A stretch of 64,000 nt of DNA, taken from Alphaproteobacteria bacterium (lineage in GTDB: Bacteria; Pseudomonadota; Alphaproteobacteria; Bin95). The translations under genes were made by a program, and so were the position numbers. The notes beneath the pieces are model-generated. The model did no database searches. It worked only from the letters and a program-made list of their open reading frames with translations, and was not told where the DNA came from. Positions 58,536 to 64,000 of this stretch are shown piece after piece. Location of the stretch: the NCBI GenBank assembly GCA_963665325.3, contig OZ224045.1, forward strand, positions 1,952,001 through 2,016,000, read 5' to 3'. The first letter of the stretch is position 1. The number at the start of each line of letters is the position of its first letter.

Positions 58536-60011
58536 ATGAACAGCAACGACGGGAGCGAGCGTCGCGACCGGTGGGCGCGGTTGCGCTTCGCGGTGGTCGG
58601 GCCGCTTCTGGCCTCGCCGCCGCCGGCGGGGCGGCTGCACGCCGAGCTTGAGCGGCTTGCCGAACGCGAGTGGGATCACCCGTCCGGCAAGGGCCGGGTG
58701 CGCTTCGCGGTGTCCACGATCGAGCGCTGGTACTACCAGGCGCGGGCGGCGGACAACGATCCGGTGGGGGCGCTCAAGCGGCGCCCGCGCGCCGATGCCG
58801 GGCGCCCGCGCGCGATGTCGCCGACGCTGATCGAGGCGCTGCACGAGCAGTACCGGGCGCATCCGTCGTGGTCGGCGCAGCTTCATCACGAGAATCTGGC
58901 CGCGCGGGTCGAGGCCGATCCCGAGCTCGGCCCGATACCGTCCTACGCGACGCTGACCCGGGCGATGCGGGCTCGCGGGCTGGTACGCAAGCGCCGGCGC
59001 AAGTGGCATGAGAGCGAGGCCAGGCCGGCGGTCGAAGCCCGCGAGGTATTGAGCTACGAGGTCTCGCGCTCTCACGCCCTGTGGCACGCCGACATGCACA
59101 GCGCCAAGCGTCGCGTGCTGACCGCCTCGGGCGAGTGGAAGACGCCGATCCTGCTCGGCTTCCTCGACGACCACTCGCGCCTCGGCTGCCACCTTCAGTG
59201 GTACCTCGCCGAGACCGCCGAGGTGTTCGTCCACGGCCTTTGCCAGGCCTTCATGAAGCGCGGTCTGCCGAGGTCCCTGCTGACCGACAACGGCGCGGCG
59301 ATGACCGCGGGCGAGGTCGAGGAGGGGTTGCACCGGCTCGGCATCGCGGGGGTCACGACGCTCGCTTACAGCCCCCATCAGAACGGCAAGATCGAGTCGT
59401 TCTGGGGCACGGTCGAATCGCGCCTGATGGCTCAGCTCGAAGGCGTCGACGCGCTTACCTTGAAGATGCTCAACGACGCCACCATCGCCTGGCTGGAGCA
59501 GGACTATCACCGCCGCAAGCACCGCGAGCTCGGCATGACGCCGCATCAACGCCTGGCCGGGAGCGTCGACGCGTCGAGATCCTGCCCCGGCTCGGCCGAG
59601 CTCAAGGCGGCCTTCCGCATCACCAGGAAGCGCACGCTCAGGCGCTCGGACGGCACCGTCTCGGTCGAGGGCATCCGCTACCAGGTGCCACAGCCGTGGC
59701 GCCACCTGCGCGAGGCCTGGATCCGTTACGCGCGCTGGAACCTCGCCAGCGTCGATCTGATCGACGGTCGAGGCGGCGAGCGCCTGTGCACGCTGTACCC
59801 CCTCGACAAGCGCGGCAACGCCGATGGCGTGCGCCGTCCCGCCGGCCCCGGCGGCAACGATGGCAATGGCGGCGCGGGGACGGGGGAACTTCCGCCGCTG
59901 CTCAAGGGCATGCTCGACGCCCAGGCCGCAACCGGCCTGCCGCCGGCCTGGCTGCCCCATGACAAGACGCCCGGTCCGGGCGAGGACGAAGATCGGGGAG
60001 ATGCGCCATGA
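58536..60011 (+). CDS. DDE transposase (copy 3)
   Basis: identical translation. Confidence 0.93.
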   Translation: MNSNDGSERRDRWARLRFAVVGPLLASPPPAGRLHAELERLAEREWDHPSGKGRVRFAVSTIERWYYQARAADNDPVGALKRRPRADAGRPRAMSPTLIEALHEQYRAHPSWSAQLHHENLAARVEADPELGPIPSYATLTRAMRARGLVRKRRRKWHESEARPAVEAREVLSYEVSRSHALWHADMHSAKRRVLTASGEWKTPILLGFLDDHSRLGCHLQWYLAETAEVFVHGLCQAFMKRGLPRSLLTDNGAAMTAGEVEEGLHRLGIAGVTTLAYSPHQNGKIESFWGTVESRLMAQLEGVDALTLKMLNDATIAWLEQDYHRRKHRELGMTPHQRLAGSVDASRSCPGSAELKAAFRITRKRTLRRSDGTVSVEGIRYQVPQPWRHLREAWIRYARWNLASVDLIDGRGGERLCTLYPLDKRGNADGVRRPAGPGGNDGNGGAGTGELPPLLKGMLDAQAATGLPPAWLPHDKTPGPGEDEDRGDAP

Positions 60012-60841
60012 ACCGGGAACTGCTCACCTTCTACGGGCTCAAGTGGAACCCCTTCGCCACCGACCTGCCGGTCGACAGTCTCATGGCGACGCCTGCCGTC
60101 GACAGCTTCTGCCTCAGGATCGAGCGCCACCTGGTGCGCCAGGGCGGCTTCGCCTTGATCGCCGGCGAGCCCGGCGCCGGAAAGAGTGTGGCGTTGCGCC
60201 TGCTCGCCGACCGTCTCGGCCGCTGCGAGGGGCTCAGCATCGCCGCCATCACCCATCCCTCCTCCCGGCTGTCCGACTTCTACCGCGAGATCGGCGAGAT
60301 GTTCGGCGTCGACCTGATGTACAACAACCGCTGGGCCAGCTTCAAAAGCCTGCGCGAGCGCTGGCTCGCCCATGTCGACGATACCCGCATGCGCCCCGTC
60401 GTGCTCGTCGACGAGGCCCAGGAGCTGCTGCCCTCGGTGTTCTCCGAGATCCGCCTGCTGGCTTCGACCGACTTCGACTCGCGCGCCATCCTCTCGGTCG
60501 TCCTCGCCGGCGACACGCGCCTGCTCGACAAGCTCCGCCAGCCCGATCTGCAGCCCATCGCCTCGCGCATCCGCCAGCGCCTGGTCATGACCAAGGCCGA
60601 GGCCGGCGACCTCGCGGCCCTGCTCGACCATCTGATCGAGCAGGCCGGCAATCCCGGCCTCATGACCGCGGGCCTCAAGGACACCCTGGTCGCCCATGCC
60701 GACGGCAACCCGCGGGCGCTCACCGTCATGGCCGACGCCCTGCTCGCCGCCGCCGCCGAGAAGGAGCGCGAGGTCCTCGACGAGAAGCTCTTCATCGAGA
60801 CCCTGGGCGAACCCGCCAAGCCGAGGAGGGCGCGGCGGTGA
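60008..60841 (+). CDS. ExeA/MuB-like ATPase (copy 3)
   Basis: identical translation; ATGA coupling. Confidence 0.88.
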   Translation: MNRELLTFYGLKWNPFATDLPVDSLMATPAVDSFCLRIERHLVRQGGFALIAGEPGAGKSVALRLLADRLGRCEGLSIAAITHPSSRLSDFYREIGEMFGVDLMYNNRWASFKSLRERWLAHVDDTRMRPVVLVDEAQELLPSVFSEIRLLASTDFDSRAILSVVLAGDTRLLDKLRQPDLQPIASRIRQRLVMTKAEAGDLAALLDHLIEQAGNPGLMTAGLKDTLVAHADGNPRALTVMADALLAAAAEKEREVLDEKLFIETLGEPAKPRRARR

Positions 60842-61836
60842 AGGGCTTCCCGACACGGGCGCCGGCGGAGCTCGAAGAGCGCCCCCAGGCGCGCCGCTGG
60901 ATGGTCGAGGCGTTGTGGTCCGAGCAGGGCGTCGGCATCGTCGGCGGCGAGCCCAAGTGCGGCAAATCCTTCCTCGCACTCGACATCGCCGTCGCGGTCG
61001 CCGCCGGCGTCCCCTGCCTGCGCCACTTCCGTCCCGCCGCAAGCGGCCCCGTGCTGCTGTTCGCCGCCGAGGACGCCGGCCATATCGTGCGCGCACGCCT
61101 CCAGGGCATCGCAAAGGCGGCAGGCACCGCGTTCGAGACCCTCGACATCGCCGTCATCGACGTGCCCACGCTGCGTCTCGACCATCGCGCCGATCGCCAG
61201 CGCCTGGTCGAGACGGTGGAGCGCGTCTCACCCCGCCTCGTCGTCCTCGACCCCCTCGTGCGCCTGCACGGCGTCGACGAAAATACCGTCGCCGAGGTCG
61301 CCCCCATGCTGGGCTTCCTGCGCGACATACAGCGCCGCTTCGAAACCGCCGTCCTCCTCGTCCATCACGCACGAAAGAGCGGCGGCTCCCGGCCCGGGCA
61401 GGCGCTGCGCGGCAGCAGCGAACTTCACGCCTGGGGCGATTCGAATCTGTACCTGCGCCGGCGAGACCGCCAGATCCTCATGACCGTCGAGCATCGCGAC
61501 GCCCCTGGCCTCGAAGACCTCGAGATCGAACTCGCCGACGACGACGAGCGCCCCGCCCTGCGGTTGCGCGAGACGCCGGAAGACCAGGCGCCGGAGCCGG
61601 ATACCCCCGAACGGCGCATCCTGCAGGCCCTCGCCGACGCCGACGCGCCGCTCTCCCAGCGCCGGATCCGCGAGCGCGCGGCAACCCGGCCCGCAACCGT
61701 CGCCGAGGCGCTGCACAGGCTCGTCCGCGAAGGACGCGTCGAGCGCGCATCCGAAGGCGGATACCGCCTCGCCGCCCTCAACGGCAACGACCGCAGGGAC
61801 ACGTTACCGAAAACCGTTACCGCCTCGAACCCCTAG
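60838..61836 (+). CDS. RepA-like helicase (copy 3)
   Basis: identical translation; GTGA coupling. Confidence 0.82.
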   Translation: MKGFPTRAPAELEERPQARRWMVEALWSEQGVGIVGGEPKCGKSFLALDIAVAVAAGVPCLRHFRPAASGPVLLFAAEDAGHIVRARLQGIAKAAGTAFETLDIAVIDVPTLRLDHRADRQRLVETVERVSPRLVVLDPLVRLHGVDENTVAEVAPMLGFLRDIQRRFETAVLLVHHARKSGGSRPGQALRGSSELHAWGDSNLYLRRRDRQILMTVEHRDAPGLEDLEIELADDDERPALRLRETPEDQAPEPDTPERRILQALADADAPLSQRRIRERAATRPATVAEALHRLVREGRVERASEGGYRLAALNGNDRRDTLPKTVTASNP

Positions 61837-61863
61837 GGAGAGAGGGTAACGGTAACGGGTAAC
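61801..61863. repeat. iteron-like hexamers: 2x GTTACC then 3x GGTAAC around a CCCTAGGG palindrome (also at 31021-31083 and 48298-48360)
   Basis: acGTTACCgaaaaccGTTACCg..CCCTAGGG..gGGTAACGGTAACgGGTAAC. Confidence 0.8.
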
Positions 61864-62210
61864 ACCGCTCCCATTGTCACACTGCGTAAAGCGGCCGGCC
61901 CGTGGCCGGAAGCTTGCTTACGGCCATGGATGCACTCCGTCGGAGGGACGGCGGCGGGTCACCCGAAGGGCCGGAGCGCAGCGCAGGAGCCGCGAAGCGG
62001 CTTGACGCGCCGACGGCCGTCCGACACCCCCGCCGTCACGCCCGGCCCGACGCCTGAAAACCATCGAACAACGTGACCATCCCGCCATCAGATACCGAGA
62101 GCACACTCAGGGCCGGCAGATCCCGACTGGTGCGGTCTTGCGGAGAGGGAGCGGGCCCGGCGCCGGAGTTATCTGAGGGACGGGGGCGTCGTCCAGGATG
62201 GGGAAGGTCG

Positions 62211-63095
62211 ATGAAACGGTTCGGGAAACAGATGGCGGCCTGGCTCGTGACGCTTGCAGCGGGCGCCGCGACGATCGGATGGACAATGGACATCAAGACG
62301 GCATCGGGCCGGGAGGCGGGCGGAGCCCTTGTGGCCGGTCTTCGCACGAACGGAGCGGAGGTGAAGCCGCTCGGTCGCAGGGGAGCGCTCGAAGGGTGGC
62401 TGGTCACGCCTCGCGGCAAGCCGCCTTACACGCTTTATGTGGACGAGAGCGGCCATGGGGTGATGGGGCTGCTGTTCGGGCCCGACGGCCGGGAGCTGAC
62501 GGGCAGGCAGGTGGCGTCCATCAGGGAAGATGTGGAGCGCCTGCCCGGCAATGTCCGGGAGCCGCCCGGGGCTTCCGCATCGGAGGTTGAGCCGCTGACG
62601 GAGGTTTCGCGGGTTGCGCCGGGGCCGGCTCGCGGAGGGTTGGCGCCGGCGCCGGCGGCGGGAGTTCTGGAGGCGGCCCTGGCGGCGGAAGGGTTCGACC
62701 TCGGCGAGGCCGGGCCGCAGGTCGCGATCTTCGCCGACCCGACCTGCCTTCCTTCCCGTGCGGCGGTTGCGGAGCTTGCGCGCCGTGCGCTCGACGGCGG
62801 GATCGTGTTGCGCGTGGTGCCTGTAGGGGCGCGCGGCGCGGAGGCCGAGGTCATGGCCGCGCTGGTGCTGGGTGCGGAGGACCGGGCGCGGACCTGGTTC
62901 ACGCTCGACCGCGAGGACGAATGGCCGGCGTTGAGTTCGGATGCCGCGGCCGGGGTGGCGCTGAACCGGCGGTTGTTCGGGCGCACGGGGTCGGAGTTCG
63001 TTCCGTATGCGTTGATGCGGGAGCCGTCCGGAGAGGTCGTTTCCGCCGTCGGTCTGGAGTTCCGGCAATGGTTCGGCGAGGGGACGGCGAGGTGA
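62211..63095 (+). CDS. DsbG/TrbB-like thioredoxin-fold periplasmic protein with CxxS
   Basis: signal/TM, DsbG-like N-terminal domain (LYVDESGH..GLLFGPDG), FADPTCLPS, FVP cis-Pro loop. Confidence 0.72.
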   Translation: MKRFGKQMAAWLVTLAAGAATIGWTMDIKTASGREAGGALVAGLRTNGAEVKPLGRRGALEGWLVTPRGKPPYTLYVDESGHGVMGLLFGPDGRELTGRQVASIREDVERLPGNVREPPGASASEVEPLTEVSRVAPGPARGGLAPAPAAGVLEAALAAEGFDLGEAGPQVAIFADPTCLPSRAAVAELARRALDGGIVLRVVPVGARGAEAEVMAALVLGAEDRARTWFTLDREDEWPALSSDAAAGVALNRRLFGRTGSEFVPYALMREPSGEVVSAVGLEFRQWFGEGTAR

Positions 63096-63433
63096 TGGCG
63101 GCAGTGAGAGCGGCCTTGGCCGCGGTTGCCTGGTTGGGCCTCGTCTCGCCCTCCCCGGCGGCGACCTATAACGGCATGACGCAGGACCTGCTGCCGCGCT
63201 CGGGGCCGTCGCCGTTCCGGGTTCTCGGGTTGATATGTGTTGTGCTGGCGCTGGGGTTGTCCTTGCTGCTGCTGGCGAGGCTGAAATGGCGTCTGGACGC
63301 CGGAAGTCCTGTCGGGGTCGTCGGTGTTGCGGTGAGCGTGGCGGCGGTCGGGACCTTGTGGGTGCTGGTGTGGTTGCTGACGGGAGTGCCAGCCTTCGGG
63401 CCGTTGCCCGCGCCTGTGTGGCCGGCGGACTGA
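63095..63433 (+). CDS. small membrane protein
   Basis: signal peptide plus two TM helices. Confidence 0.55.
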   Translation: MAAVRAALAAVAWLGLVSPSPAATYNGMTQDLLPRSGPSPFRVLGLICVVLALGLSLLLLARLKWRLDAGSPVGVVGVAVSVAAVGTLWVLVWLLTGVPAFGPLPAPVWPAD

Positions 63434-63436
63434 GCG

Positions 63437-63805
63437 ATGCGGGTTTGGCTGAAACGGGCGGCGGATGCGGGTTCGGGGGCCTCGGTGGCGGCGGCCGTGC
63501 TTGCGGTTTTTTGCCTTGGGGGCGCGGCGCCGGGACTGGCCGACCGGTACGGGAGCAAGGCGCAGGATCTGCTGCTGCGGTGGGCGCCGGGAGAGGACGC
63601 CTCCGGGTGGGTCCTGCATGCGGCTTTTGTGCTGGCGCTGGCGTTCTGGGCTGTCCTCGCCGTGCGGGCATGGTGGTACGGCAGCACGGTCGGATTTGTC
63701 GTCTACGCGGTGTGGTTCATCGTCTTTGCCGCAGGCTGGGTATTCGGTCTGGAGTTCCTGGAGGCGTGGGTCCTGTGGGATCCGGCGCCCTGGTGGGCGC
63801 GATGA
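63437..63805 (+). CDS. small membrane protein
   Basis: three hydrophobic helices; ATGA coupling to the next gene. Confidence 0.55.
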   Translation: MRVWLKRAADAGSGASVAAAVLAVFCLGGAAPGLADRYGSKAQDLLLRWAPGEDASGWVLHAAFVLALAFWAVLAVRAWWYGSTVGFVVYAVWFIVFAAGWVFGLEFLEAWVLWDPAPWWAR

Positions 63806-64000
63806 GCGATCTGCGCCAGGCGGTCGCAGCGGCGGCGCGGAGCCTCTCTTTCGAGCGTTCGGCGCATCACGGCTGGCGGCGGATCGCGTTCGTGCTGCTT
63901 GTGATGAACGTGCTGCTGACCGTGGCGCTCTGGAGCTATATCGACCTTCACGACACGGTCTATGTGACGATCGCGGCGACGCCGGACGGCAAGATCATCG
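63802..64000 (+). CDS. DotI/IcmL/TraM-like protein (partial, runs off the window)
   Basis: N-terminal TM helix followed by TIAATPDGKII, like the IcmL F-A-T-x-D-G-R-I motif. Confidence 0.65.
   Translation, partial: MSDLRQAVAAAARSLSFERSAHHGWRRIAFVLLVMNVLLTVALWSYIDLHDTVYVTIAATPDGKII

Larger units (their letters stand above)
57726..62109 (+). mobile_element. 4,384-bp transposon, copy 3 (inverted); 4-bp TSD GGGC
   Basis: TGAGCGGGC...GCACACTCA; GGGC at 57722-57725 and 62110-62113. Confidence 0.95.
57158..62214 (+). pseudogene. membrane protein (about 222 aa, paralog of 43715-44362) split by transposon copy 3
   Basis: ..GVKPWQVLPVG|PADPDWCGLAERERARRR rejoins in frame only if a 4-bp GGGC duplication is removed; stop overlaps the next ATG. 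Confidence 0.8.
18240..64000. mobile_element. conjugative island/ICE (IncI-like MPF-I/Dot-Icm T4BSS plus type IVb pilus), continues past the window end
   Basis: co-oriented pilN-O-P-Q-R-S-V-U-L and dotD-C-B-icmT-dotI homologues; abrupt break from metabolic genes; no integrase or relaxase in the window. Confidence 0.75.

Noticed and set aside
30775-62109. Triplicated 4.4-kb block as an assembly artefact
   Set aside because: Each copy has its own TSD, and removing it restores an in-frame gene at all three sites
57726-62109. CRISPR-associated or canonical Tn7-like transposon
   Set aside because: No TnsA, recognisable TniQ/TnsD, Cas genes or repeat-spacer array, and the ends are TGAG rather than TGT

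Overview
High-GC, probably alphaproteobacterial chromosome segment with two zones. (1) 1-18.2 kb is housekeeping and metabolic DNA: a DUF2155 gene, gltBD, SDRs, dihydropyrimidinase, a cupin, a Phd-VapC pair, a CaiB CoA-transferase, hbd-etfA-etfB, TauD and a 5'-truncated MaoC/HTD2-type hydratase. (2) From about 18.24 kb to the window end is a conjugative island of the IncI/Dot-Icm (MPF-I, T4BSS) type. It carries a type IVb pilus locus (pilN-O-P-Q-R-S, two pilV-like genes, an A24 peptidase, PilL/TcpQ genes) and dotD-dotC-dotB-icmT...dotI. Its cargo includes a Cys/Pro-repeat secreted protein with a FrpC-type self-processing-like module coupled to GNAT, radical SAM and lipoprotein genes, many DUF1640-like genes, a Uma2 nuclease and TbpB-like lipoproteins. 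The most striking feature is three apparently identical copies of a 4,384-bp TG...CA transposon (30775-35158, 48052-52435, 57726-62109). Each has its own target-site duplication and each splits an island gene. Besides a Zn-finger/HTH protein, a DDE transposase and an ExeA/MuB-like ATPase, the element encodes an RSF1010 RepA-like helicase followed by iteron-like GTTACC repeats and a cluster of GNA-loop hairpins, making it a candidate helicase- and origin-carrying transposon. All family assignments come from motif recognition by eye; no searches were run.
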